Shown piece after piece: positions 50,667 through 59,775 of a stretch of DNA of 64,000 nt. Every line of letters starts with the position of its first letter. The first letter of the stretch is position 1. Origin of the DNA: Patescibacteria group bacterium (lineage in GTDB: Bacteria > Patescibacteriota > Microgenomatia > UBA8517); the NCBI GenBank assembly GCA_026416845.1, contig JAOAEL010000002.1, forward strand, positions 111,422 through 175,421, given 5' to 3'. The translations under genes and the position numbers were made by a program. Below the pieces are notes generated by a model that worked only from the letters and a program-made list of their open reading frames with translations, ran no database searches and was not told the DNA's origin.

Positions 50667-51734
50667 ATGAAATGTAGAAAGTGCAGTTTCGAAAACATAA
50701 AAGAAAACAAATTTTGCAGTAATTGTGGCGCCGAAATCTACCCAGTTCCTTTTTATAAAAAGCATCCCATCAAACTTGTTCTAAGCTTAATTAGCATTTT
50801 CTTTTTTATCCTATTTTTCTATTCTTTTATATCCTTCATTAATCAAATTGGAAATGATTTATCTCTAACTCAAAAATCACAAGGATACATAAGCGGCAAA
50901 GGGGAAAACAAAATTGCCGTTATAAATATAGACGGAATAATAGTAGAAACATTTGAATCTGATGGTATATCTTCATTATCTGACAATTACACTTCGGCAA
51001 GAGAAATAAAAAGGATCCTGGAAGAAATCCGCAATGATAACTCAGTAAAAGCTTTAATACTTCGTATCAATAGCCCCGGCGGATCAGCGGCTGCTTCTGA
51101 TGAAATCTTAAGTGAAATCAGAAGATACAAATCTGACACTAATTTACCAATAATTGCTTACATGTCGGATGTTGCAGCTTCAGGAGGATATTATGTCGCA
51201 ATGGGAGCAGATAAAATAGTCGCCAATCCTGCAACAATTACAGGAAGCATAGGAGTAATAATTTCGTATCTCTCTTTCAAAGAATTGGCAAATAAATACG
51301 GCGTAAAACAAATAGTATACAAAAGTGGCGAACTTAAAAATCTAGCAGACTCATTTTCAACGCCAACAGCACAAGAAACTCAAGTTCTGCAATCGATTAT
51401 AGATGAAATGTATAAAACCTTTATCAAGGTGGTCGCAGAAGGAAGAAAACTTGAAGAATCCTACGTTCAAGAAATAGCAGATGGAAGAGTATATTCAGCT
51501 AATCAAGCTATAAAATTAAAACTAATCGACGAAATAGGAAATTTCGAAAACAGCATATCAACTGCCAAAAAGCTCGCAAATCTCCAAGATGCTTCAGTAT
51601 TTGAATATGGTAAAAAAAGTTTACTTGATGAAATACTTAAAATAAATCTGAGCAAACTTGGAATAATAAATTTTGATCAAAATTTAGTTTCACAATTACG
51701 CAAACCCTCAATTATGTACTTAACAAACTTCTGA
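50667..51734 (+). CDS. sppA: signal peptide peptidase SppA (S49) with N-terminal zinc ribbon
   Basis: CRKC...FCSNCG, TM, LRINSPGGS, AASGGYY, TGSIGV, KSGELK. Confidence 0.93.
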   Translation: MKCRKCSFENIKENKFCSNCGAEIYPVPFYKKHPIKLVLSLISIFFFILFFYSFISFINQIGNDLSLTQKSQGYISGKGENKIAVINIDGIIVETFESDGISSLSDNYTSAREIKRILEEIRNDNSVKALILRINSPGGSAAASDEILSEIRRYKSDTNLPIIAYMSDVAASGGYYVAMGADKIVANPATITGSIGVIISYLSFKELANKYGVKQIVYKSGELKNLADSFSTPTAQETQVLQSIIDEMYKTFIKVVAEGRKLEESYVQEIADGRVYSANQAIKLKLIDEIGNFENSISTAKKLANLQDASVFEYGKKSLLDEILKINLSKLGIINFDQNLVSQLRKPSIMYLTNF

Positions 51735-51799
51735 ATTGTAAAATCAAGGTTTAAATTAGCTTGTTATTTTTAAATTTGATGTGTACAATTATGCTTGGA

Positions 51800-51985
51800 A
51801 TGAAATTAATTAACTATTTTCACGAAGTTAAAACAGAGTTAAAAAATGTAACTTGGCCAAATAAAGAAAATGTTGTAAAATTAACTATTACAATCTTGAT
51901 TTTTTCGGCTATTGTTGGGCTATATGTAGGCTTGCTTGATCTTGGACTTACTAAGCTTCTTGAAATGTTAATTTCAAGCAAATAA
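51800..51985 (+). CDS. secE: preprotein translocase subunit SecE
   Basis: EVKTELKNVTWP, single TM, upstream of nusG. Confidence 0.96.
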   Translation: MKLINYFHEVKTELKNVTWPNKENVVKLTITILIFSAIVGLYVGLLDLGLTKLLEMLISSK

Positions 51986-52078
51986 TTGAAATTATGATGT
52001 ACTATAAAAAAAATGATCTAATATAAAACATTAATACAAAAAGTATTTTTTTATTTTTTTACAGTAAAGAATCAACAT

Positions 52079-52693
52079 ATGTCCAAAAACAAAAAAAATC
52101 TTAGTTCAAACCAAGAGAAAAAAAATCATCAAAAAATTGGTCATATAGTAATAAATCAAAGCGAAAATAAAGAAGCTAAATGGTATGTAGTTCACACCAC
52201 AAGCGGTCATGAATTAAGGGTCGCAGAAACATTAAAGCAAAGAATAGAAACAATGCATTTAAAAGATACTATATTTGAAATTTTGGTACCAACACAAGAT
52301 AGAGTCGTAATACGTAGTGGTAAAAAATCCACAATGAAAGAAAAAATTTTTCCTGGCTATATGTTAGTTAAAATGGTACTAGATGATCCAACTTGGTTCG
52401 CCGTCAGAACAACACCCGGAGTAACTGGTTTTGTTGGAACTGGCAAAAATCCAACACCACTATCCTCAGAAGAAGTCATAAACATACAAAAATTCATATC
52501 CTCTCCTGCTAAGAGGTTCAAAACACGCTTCGTCACCGGCGAGGCTGTAAAAATAACAGATGGACCATTTACAGACTTTCTTGGAACAATCAGCTCAATA
52601 GATGAAGAAAAAGGAAAAGTCTCAGTTCTTGTATCCATATTTGGCAGAGAAACCCCGGTTGAACTCGACTTGCTACAAATAGCAAAAGTGTAA
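52079..52693 (+). CDS. nusG: transcription factor NusG
   Basis: WYVVHTTSGHE, IFPGYMLV, TPGVTGFVG, KOW domain, IFGRETPVEL. Confidence 0.98.
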   Translation: MSKNKKNLSSNQEKKNHQKIGHIVINQSENKEAKWYVVHTTSGHELRVAETLKQRIETMHLKDTIFEILVPTQDRVVIRSGKKSTMKEKIFPGYMLVKMVLDDPTWFAVRTTPGVTGFVGTGKNPTPLSSEEVINIQKFISSPAKRFKTRFVTGEAVKITDGPFTDFLGTISSIDEEKGKVSVLVSIFGRETPVELDLLQIAKV

Positions 52694-52732
52694 AAAGCAG
52701 GAGTAAAATTTAAAACTGCTAGGAATAATTCT

Positions 52733-53357
52733 GTGCAAATAACTTCCAGAAACATAAAAAACATAGAGCAAGAACTTAGGTTTGAAGTTGATGATATAGA
52801 TAATGCTTTACAAAAAAAAGCTAAATAGTTTTGCAACATTCCAAGGAGTAGAATACATTTTAGACACAATATATGGTTCAGAAAATCAAAAAGAGAAAAT
52901 AAGATATAGAATATCAAACACATTTAGCCAAAGGTTGATAGAAGTAACCTCAAAAAACAAGGTTGAAAACGAGAATAAAAACTCAAAAATAAAAACAGAA
53001 ATAGAAGAAATACTCTATAAAGGAGATGATGAAAATCATGCCATTAGCGCGATAAGTGAAAAAGGCAACTATAAAAAAGAAAACTCTTACGAAAAAATCA
53101 GAATAAACTATTTCTATAAAAACAACCTAAAAATAAGCTTAGATATATATCCTTTTGGCGCATATCTGGAAATAGAGGGAGATCCTGCTGATTTTCAAGA
53201 AGTGGTTGATCTGCTAGGCATGTCAGTTCAAAATTCAACCACCTCAAATGCGGACCAATGCTACCTTAAACTGATAAATATGAAACAAAACAATAGTTTG
53301 AAATATCAAAATTTTCATTGTAAAATCTACTTACCTCGTAATTATAAAAACGATTAA
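52733..53357 (+). pseudogene. CYTH-domain protein, frameshifted
   Basis: Upstream frame NIEQELRFEVDD (ExExK/R signature) ends at TAG 52826; the +1 frame past the A8 run 52812-52819 continues with DTIY, KIRYR, EIEE, YEKIR, SLDIYPFGAYLEIEG. Confidence 0.75.
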
Positions 53358-53384
53358 TTGTTTTCTTTTTAAATTAAAGCGAGG

Positions 53385-53466
53385 GAGATACAAAAAGTGT
53401 CGAAATAAGTTTTAAGTAGATTTATTTACTCCTAAGCTTGCTTCGAGACTAAAATTTTTGTATCTC
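53385..53466 (+). promoter_or_regulatory. long hairpin in the rplK 5' leader
   Basis: GAGATACAAAAA (53385-53396) pairs with TTTTTGTATCTC (53455-53466), plus inner TCGAA/TTCGA, TAAGTTT/AAGCTTG and AGTAGAT/ATTTACT pairings. Confidence 0.55.
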
Positions 53467-53515
53467 AAATATACTTAATTCAAGAAAAATCAATTTAACC
53501 AGTACAAAAACAAAG

Positions 53516-53941
53516 ATGGCAAAAAAAGTTAAAACAGTCATAAAAGTAAACATAAAAGGTGGCGAAGCCTCTCCCGCGCCACCACTTGGCACTGCGCTGG
53601 GTCCTCATGGGGTGGCAATAATGGATTTTGTCAAAGCGTACAACGAAAAAACTGCAAACATGAAAGGGCAAGTTGTTCCTGCAGTAATTACCATTTACGA
53701 AGATCGATCATTTAGCTTTGAACTCAAAAAAGCGCCAGTTTCAGAAATGATAAAAAAAGAACTCGGACTAGAAAAAGGATCAGGAACACCAAACAGACAA
53801 ATTGTCGGCACACTTTCAAAATCTCAAGCTGAAAAAATCGCCCAAGAAAAAATGTCAGATCTTAATTGCGAGTCTTTGGAAGCCGCAGTAAAAATAGTTC
53901 AAGGCACGGCTCGTAGTATGGGAGTAAAAGTAGAAAATTAA
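53516..53941 (+). CDS. rplK: 50S ribosomal protein L11
   Basis: ASPAPPLGTALG, DFVKAYNEKT, GTARSMGV. Confidence 0.98.
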   Translation: MAKKVKTVIKVNIKGGEASPAPPLGTALGPHGVAIMDFVKAYNEKTANMKGQVVPAVITIYEDRSFSFELKKAPVSEMIKKELGLEKGSGTPNRQIVGTLSKSQAEKIAQEKMSDLNCESLEAAVKIVQGTARSMGVKVEN

Positions 53942-53951
53942 TGTTTGAATC

Positions 53952-53980
53952 TTTAGAGAATACTGTAAACATTCTCTAAA
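53952..53980. other. 10-bp inverted repeat in the rplK-rplA spacer
   Basis: TTTAGAGAAT-N9-ATTCTCTAAA. Confidence 0.5.
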
Positions 53981-54007
53981 AATCTAACAAATACAACTAA
54001 AAAATTT

Positions 54008-54808
54008 ATGGGAAAAACAAAAACAGCATTCGTATCCGGAATTGACAACCAACCAGTCAAACCTTCTTATGACAAAGCTGCAAAGATGGCAAAAAGAATG
54101 GCAAAGATGGGTTTGGCAAACGCCGACAAACCAATTGTTGCGCAACCAGATACAACATTAACAAATAAAGATGTCGCTAAGGATCTAACAACAGACAAAA
54201 AACCAAGTACCAAAAAAAGTGTTAAAAAACAAAGAAGCGTTAAATACCAACAAGCATCTTCAAAAATTAACAAAAACAATATTTATTCTCTTTCCGAAGC
54301 AATAAGTCTTGTAAAAGAAATTTCATTTACGAAATTTGACAGCACTGTTGAACTTCATTTGGTAGTCAAAAAACAAGGAACAAACGCAAATGTAACTCTT
54401 CCCCACTCATCAGGAAGACAAAAGAAAGTTGAGATTGCAAGCGATGCAACTATAGAAAAATTAAAAGCAGGGAAAATTGACTTTGACATCCTTCTAGCAA
54501 CAGCAGAAATGATGCCTAAACTAGTTCCATTTGCAAAACTGCTAGGGCCTCGCGGTCTTATGCCAAATCCCAAGAATGGCACTATCATAAAATCTGAAAA
54601 AGACGCCGCAAAGTTTGACAGCAATACTCTTTCTGTAAAAACTGAAAAATCAGCGCCTGTAATTCATACAATTTGCGGAAAAGTCAGCCAATCTGAAAAA
54701 GAACTGGAAGAAAATATAAAAGCCATAATTAATGCGATAGGAGTCAAACAAATTGCTAAAGCTTATATCAAATCAACAATGAGTCCTTCTCTGAAGTTTC
54801 AAGTTTGA
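54008..54808 (+). CDS. rplA: 50S ribosomal protein L1
   Basis: KFDSTVELHL, LPHSSG, LLGPRGLMPNPKNGT, STMSPS. Confidence 0.97.
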   Translation: MGKTKTAFVSGIDNQPVKPSYDKAAKMAKRMAKMGLANADKPIVAQPDTTLTNKDVAKDLTTDKKPSTKKSVKKQRSVKYQQASSKINKNNIYSLSEAISLVKEISFTKFDSTVELHLVVKKQGTNANVTLPHSSGRQKKVEIASDATIEKLKAGKIDFDILLATAEMMPKLVPFAKLLGPRGLMPNPKNGTIIKSEKDAAKFDSNTLSVKTEKSAPVIHTICGKVSQSEKELEENIKAIINAIGVKQIAKAYIKSTMSPSLKFQV

Positions 54809-54828
54809 GAAGATAAAACCCCGAATTC

Positions 54829-55887
54829 TTACTTTGTCATCCTTCTTTGAGCAATTATTTTACCATGCTTCCTCAATGCAAATTCTAGTTGCCTAACTAA
54901 AAGCTTTTGACTTTCAGGATCTAGACCCGACTTAAAAACTGTTTTAAGAGCTGAAAATTCTGGATCTGCTAAAATTCCTACCTTTAAATTTTGTGTCTCT
55001 GAAGCAAATTGTTCATAAAGCTTTTTACCCTTATCTGTCACCAATTCTTTCCTAACTTTTTCTACACTCATATCAGGAGACTTAAAAACATCTTCTAAAC
55101 CTTGAATCTCACTCATCCCCTGCAATCCAAGATTTGCCGATATAAGAACAATTTTAGCATAACCACCCAAATTAAATTTTCTATCTTGAAAAAACCCAAC
55201 TTGCACCATAGAAAGCTGATCTCCATCATGACAGGCTTGAGAAAACTCGCTACTTCCTGGCTTTCTAACCACAGCAGCTATTTCTTCATCCGAAAACCCA
55301 TTTCTTTCTGCTACTCCTTTATAATAACCTTCAAAATGATGCTCCAAGATTGCAGTTTTAACTTCTTCTTTTACTTCTTCAGGCAAAGCTCCTAATTTAT
55401 TCTCATCCATACAATCTGTCACCCAAAGAATGGCACTATACATATGGTGAGCTAGATCTTTTAAAGCAGGAGAACCATTCTTAGCTTTTTCAAGTATAGA
55501 ACGCTCAGCAGAACTTAAACCTAAAGTTTGGGCAACTTGTTCCCATTTGTCAGATGACATGATTTCCTCCGCTCGCTTTTGATCCCATTTGCCTCTATCA
55601 TGTCCATATTCAAAAAGTTTAATTTTTAAGATCTCTTCTTCTGTCAATCTACGTCCATACAAATCACTTAATATTTCGCTTGAATTTCTTAAAACAGCAT
55701 TCAAATGATCTTTTTGAGACTGACAATCAAATCTTTCCTCTAACAACCGATCAACATCTTTTTTCAAAAAATCTACTGCTTGCCTAAGCATTTCTACTCT
55801 ACTTTCTGAGGATTCAGTTGGCTGTACTTTTTGTTCTTGTTGGTCTTTGCCAGAAAAGTAAAGCTCGCCCGATGATCCTTCTAACAT
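54829..55887 (-). CDS. HD-domain metal-dependent phosphohydrolase-like protein
   Basis: H (DHLNAV)...YGHDRGK...HHMYSA...ILEHH...HDGDQLS spacing of the HD superfamily. Confidence 0.7.
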   Translation of the reverse strand: MLEGSSGELYFSGKDQQEQKVQPTESSESRVEMLRQAVDFLKKDVDRLLEERFDCQSQKDHLNAVLRNSSEILSDLYGRRLTEEEILKIKLFEYGHDRGKWDQKRAEEIMSSDKWEQVAQTLGLSSAERSILEKAKNGSPALKDLAHHMYSAILWVTDCMDENKLGALPEEVKEEVKTAILEHHFEGYYKGVAERNGFSDEEIAAVVRKPGSSEFSQACHDGDQLSMVQVGFFQDRKFNLGGYAKIVLISANLGLQGMSEIQGLEDVFKSPDMSVEKVRKELVTDKGKKLYEQFASETQNLKVGILADPEFSALKTVFKSGLDPESQKLLVRQLEFALRKHGKIIAQRRMTK

Positions 55888-56016
55888 AAATGAAAAGTTA
55901 ATTTTTCACTAAGAGAATAAAAATTAAAAGATAATTTGAACTCTGCATATAATATGCTAAATAAGCATGAACCTACTTGTCAACATTAAAATTATAAGTT
56001 AAAATTTAGTGGTTTC

Positions 56017-56130
56017 CCTAAGACAGCGCGCAAGCTAGATCAAAAATCAAACTGTAAGTCGCGCCGAGGAGAAAAATCAAAAATTATTGCGTCAATTTTT
56101 GGCAAGGCTCCTCGTTGGGAGTCTTTTTTA
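56017..56130 (+). promoter_or_regulatory. ribosomal protein L10 leader with attenuator
   Basis: CCTAAGACAGCGCG...CGCGCCGAGG core; terminator AGGCTCCT-CGTT-GGGAGTCT-T run; CGAGGAG (56065-56071) complementary to CTCCTCG. Confidence 0.8.
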
Positions 56131-56140
56131 TTTGAAAAAT

Positions 56141-56674
56141 ATGACAAGCGCAAACAGACAAAAAAAAGAAATCAAAGTTGCGGAAATAACAAAAAGTTTT
56201 GAAAGTGCAACCTCAATTGTTTTGGTAAATTACACTGGACTAACGGTCAAAAAGCAACAAGAACTCAAAAAAATGCTAAAGGCCATAAGCGCTTCAATGT
56301 TTGTGGCTAAAAACAATCTCGTGCAAATCGCTAGTAATAACGCAAAATTGCCAAGCGAAGCATTCACAGACGAAGTACTGGCAGGGCCAACAGCATTGGT
56401 AATAACAAAAGAAGATCCCATTGCTCCACTTCAAGTTTTGGCTAGGTTTGCCAAAGAGAATGAAATTCCTCAATTCAAAGTTGGGATTATAGAAGGAACT
56501 TTCTATGACAAATCAGGACTTATCACACTTGCTTCTCTTCCCTCAAAAGAGATTCTATTTGGACAAGCTGTCGGCGCAATTGCCGCGCCAATTTATGGTT
56601 TAGTTAACACAATGCAAGCCAATTTGCAAAAACTGCTTTATATCCTAGACACAAAAGCAAAACAAAAAGCTTAA
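56141..56674 (+). CDS. rplJ: 50S ribosomal protein L10
   Basis: NYTGLTVKKQQELKK, VAKNNLV, GPTALV, LASLPSKE. Confidence 0.96.
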   Translation: MTSANRQKKEIKVAEITKSFESATSIVLVNYTGLTVKKQQELKKMLKAISASMFVAKNNLVQIASNNAKLPSEAFTDEVLAGPTALVITKEDPIAPLQVLARFAKENEIPQFKVGIIEGTFYDKSGLITLASLPSKEILFGQAVGAIAAPIYGLVNTMQANLQKLLYILDTKAKQKA

Positions 56675-56702
56675 GTGAGATTTTGAAAGGTGGTGAACTA
56701 AA

Positions 56703-57137
56703 ATGACAGATGAAACAAAAAAAGAAAAGGAATTATCAAAAAATTTAGCCAAACTTGTTGATGAAATCGCTAGTCTTTCCGTACTTGAGTTATCCGAATT
56801 GGTAAATGCTCTACAGGACAAACTCGGAGTAACAGCTCAAGCTCCGATGATGGCAATGCCAACAACGGCAACCACAACAGCGGCAACTCCAGCAGGAGAC
56901 ACCGCCACTTCCGAACAAAGCGCGGGGGGCGGCACAGTTGTAATGACCAACGCCGGTGCGAACAAAATCGCTGTTATCAAAGCTTTGAGAGAAATAAATC
57001 AAAATTGGGGATTAAAAGAAGCCAAAGATATGACTGAAAACGTCCCAGCCGAAATTTTGAAAAACGCAAAACCTGAAGAAGTCAAAGTCGCAGTCGAGAA
57101 ACTCAAAGCAGCTGGAGCTACTGTGGAAATCAAGTAA
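56703..57137 (+). CDS. rplL: 50S ribosomal protein L7/L12
   Basis: LSVLELSELVNALQDKLGV, KIAVIKALRE, GLKEAKD, AGATVEIK. Confidence 0.97.
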   Translation: MTDETKKEKELSKNLAKLVDEIASLSVLELSELVNALQDKLGVTAQAPMMAMPTTATTTAATPAGDTATSEQSAGGGTVVMTNAGANKIAVIKALREINQNWGLKEAKDMTENVPAEILKNAKPEEVKVAVEKLKAAGATVEIK

Positions 57138-57158
57138 TTCAAAAACAAACTTAATTCA

Positions 57159-57186
57159 AAAAAACCTCACGAAAGTGAGGTTTTTT
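57159..57186. terminator. bidirectional intrinsic terminator after rplL
   Basis: AAAAAACCTCAC-GAAA-GTGAGGTTTTTT between convergent rplL and the sigma gene. Confidence 0.9.
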
Positions 57187-57252
57187 AATTTCATCAAACC
57201 TGAAAGTATAAGTATAATTGAAAAAATTTAAAATTGCTTAAGTTTCAATTTC

Positions 57253-57945
57253 TTAATCATTTGAAAAAGCTTCTCTTACACTCCTTCTTATTCTATGAAT
57301 AACAGATTTAATTTTAGAAACAGACATGCCCATATAATTGGCTATTTCTTCATAAGAATAGCCGCAGGCTAACAAATTAAAAATTAAGCTATTCTCTTTA
57401 CCTAAAAATAAAAACAAATCTTTCACCTTTTCAGCATTTTTTATTTTTTCACCAATTGGTTCAGTTGAACTAGGAATAAAATTTTGTAAATCAAAATTTT
57501 CATCATTATCTCTTGATACATCAAAATAAATCTGCCTTGCCCAAACTCTCTTTTTTCTCCTCAAATAATCTAAGCAAGTATTTCTAATCACCTTAATTAA
57601 CCAAGCTGCAAAACTCGTGCCACATGCTTGCTGTTGACAAGGACTTTTAGTTGATAATAGTTTGTAACATACATCTTGAAATATATCTTCAAAATCTGTA
57701 GGATCAAGCTGATCCTTAAAATTACTAGCAACTCTAATTGTTAATCTAAAAGCAAGACCATAGAAATTTTCCCAAACTTCACTATCGCCTTCTTGTAATT
57801 TTTTAAAACTAATTTGATCAATTAAGCAATATAAACCATCATTTAAAATTTCTTCATTCTGAGGAACCTGATCTCGAATCCGATCGTAAATATCATTCAA
57901 TTCATCAAAAACTGAAATAAATCTTTGGCCAAAAATTTCACACAT
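57253..57945 (-). CDS. ECF-type sigma-70 factor
   Basis: Region 2 FEDIFQDVCYKL...SFAAWLIKVIRNTCLDYLRRKKR; region 4 GYSYEEIANYMGMSVSKIKSVIHRIRR. Confidence 0.9.
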   Translation of the reverse strand: MCEIFGQRFISVFDELNDIYDRIRDQVPQNEEILNDGLYCLIDQISFKKLQEGDSEVWENFYGLAFRLTIRVASNFKDQLDPTDFEDIFQDVCYKLLSTKSPCQQQACGTSFAAWLIKVIRNTCLDYLRRKKRVWARQIYFDVSRDNDENFDLQNFIPSSTEPIGEKIKNAEKVKDLFLFLGKENSLIFNLLACGYSYEEIANYMGMSVSKIKSVIHRIRRSVREAFSND

Positions 57946-58098
57946 GTCAATTAATTTCCTTTATTTTAGCAAAATTTTGCAACTTTTGTTTTTTTCAAAA
58001 AAAATAAGCATTTAACTTTATTTTAATTAATGGTAAAATTGGCAAATTATTCAATATCACTAATTAAAAAATACAATAAAAATTAAATATATAACAAA

Positions 58099-59760
58099 AT
58101 GTCAATAGAAACAAAAAATGTACTTTTCCCTTTGCGAACTGCTGACTATGCGAATTACCTTGCGACGCAAGAGAAACCACAACCAATTGAACTCTCTGAG
58201 GAAGAACGCAAACAAATCATTGCATACGAGGCCAAGCTTTACGAAGAGCTCTCCCCAACACTCAAAAAAATGGTTGGCATACACACAATATTTCCTGAAT
58301 ATTTAACTACCAATGAGGGCTGGCAAATGGCACAAAGCATATACTCAGCAAAAAATCCTGAAATTGTCAACATGCCAAAACCACAAAGCCTGGAAGAAGC
58401 AATAAATATTTTCAATAAATTGCGTATTTACAGTATAGACAAAGAATTAAGATCAGAAATCGAAGCAAAATCTCTAAGATACGCACGAGAAAAATTTATA
58501 GCAGGAATAGATAAGAATACAAATCCTGATGATTTAGAAGATCCAATTACTGCATCAAGGGTTTACAATCCCAAAACACTAATTCAAAAAACGCAAGAGC
58601 TAAGAGAATTCAAAAGAAAGTTAAAAGCAAGACGCGAAGGAAACACTCATAACAAAACTCAAACCAATTTGGAAATAGCAAAAGAAATAATTGACAGAAT
58701 ATATCAAAGATACATTAACGTCAGGTTGGCGGTGCTATATGAGGATGCTTTTGTGGCTTTAAACGATCCAGCAATTTCAGAAGAAGACAAAGAGAAAATA
58801 CGCAAACTATTCCCAGGACATAACACCAATGACAAAGACAGAAGAATTCAAACTCTTGGAAGAATTGAAAAATTTTACCAAGGAGCTGACAGAAAAGAAG
58901 GATCTTCCTACTTCCCAACAATATCCGAATCTATCGCATCAGCTATTGAGCAAAAAATGAGAATTGAAAATCAAGAAGGAAATGAATTATACCAAGAACA
59001 CCAAAAAATAAAAATTGACGCCAATAAATACCAAGAAATTGCAAACGCTGTCTTAGACCGCATGGGAGCAACTCAAGCTGGTTGGAAAACTAAAATACGT
59101 GAAAAACCTGGTGTGGCTACAGATCCCAAAGAAAAAATATACTACATACCAAAAGATTATAGTAGAAGTTTGCCCGCAACTATACAAAGTATTGCGCACG
59201 AAGCAGAAGGCCATATCTTGCGTGATTTAAACAAATCTAAACTCCCACTTAAATTACTAAAATATGGAAACACAGGACGGATTCAACAAACCGCAGAAGC
59301 CGCCGCTGTTTTTGTTGAGGAAGAAACAATACGGCGGGTATATGGACGAGAGAGACAAATGACAGGAACTTACTATATAATTATGAGAGAACGGGAAAAA
59401 GGAGGAAGCTTTAAGCATTGTGTTATAGCACTTGTAAGAAAAGGTAAAGATCCCAAAACAGCATTTACTAGTACTTTAAGAATCTTCAATAATGGCAGAA
59501 TCCCTCTTAATGATCCATCGCACCACATAGTAAATACAGAAGAACTTGCTTACCATGAACCAGTGGCAGAAAGGCTGGCAAAACTTGGTCTTAGTAAACT
59601 TCTTTTTGTCTCAGCAGTTGATATTTATACATACCAAGACTTGGTTAGAATTGGGATGTTACAACTTGATAAAATTCAAGAACCTCAATTTATAACAGCT
59701 GAAGTTGCGCTTGAAGTTTTAAGCAGATATTCTTCAGAATCAGAAAAGACAGTTAACTGA
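58099..59760 (+). CDS. DUF1704 / MATCAP-like HExxxH metallopeptidase
   Basis: GWK..., IAHEAEGHILRDLN, TAEAAAVFVEE (variant of the xEGLA motif), AF...LRIF, LAYHE. Confidence 0.7.
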   Translation: MSIETKNVLFPLRTADYANYLATQEKPQPIELSEEERKQIIAYEAKLYEELSPTLKKMVGIHTIFPEYLTTNEGWQMAQSIYSAKNPEIVNMPKPQSLEEAINIFNKLRIYSIDKELRSEIEAKSLRYAREKFIAGIDKNTNPDDLEDPITASRVYNPKTLIQKTQELREFKRKLKARREGNTHNKTQTNLEIAKEIIDRIYQRYINVRLAVLYEDAFVALNDPAISEEDKEKIRKLFPGHNTNDKDRRIQTLGRIEKFYQGADRKEGSSYFPTISESIASAIEQKMRIENQEGNELYQEHQKIKIDANKYQEIANAVLDRMGATQAGWKTKIREKPGVATDPKEKIYYIPKDYSRSLPATIQSIAHEAEGHILRDLNKSKLPLKLLKYGNTGRIQQTAEAAAVFVEEETIRRVYGRERQMTGTYYIIMREREKGGSFKHCVIALVRKGKDPKTAFTSTLRIFNNGRIPLNDPSHHIVNTEELAYHEPVAERLAKLGLSKLLFVSAVDIYTYQDLVRIGMLQLDKIQEPQFITAEVALEVLSRYSSESEKTVN

Positions 59761-59775
59761 ATAATTCATTCAAAC

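Noticed and set aside
36713-51800. Prophage or integrative island at tRNA-Trp
   Set aside because: No integrase, phage genes or duplicated tRNA 3' end seen; the interval contains core genes rpsU and rnhB
52357-52923. 188 aa minus-strand ORF and the many other short antisense ORFs in the track
   Set aside because: They lie opposite well-supported genes (here nusG) and have no motifs
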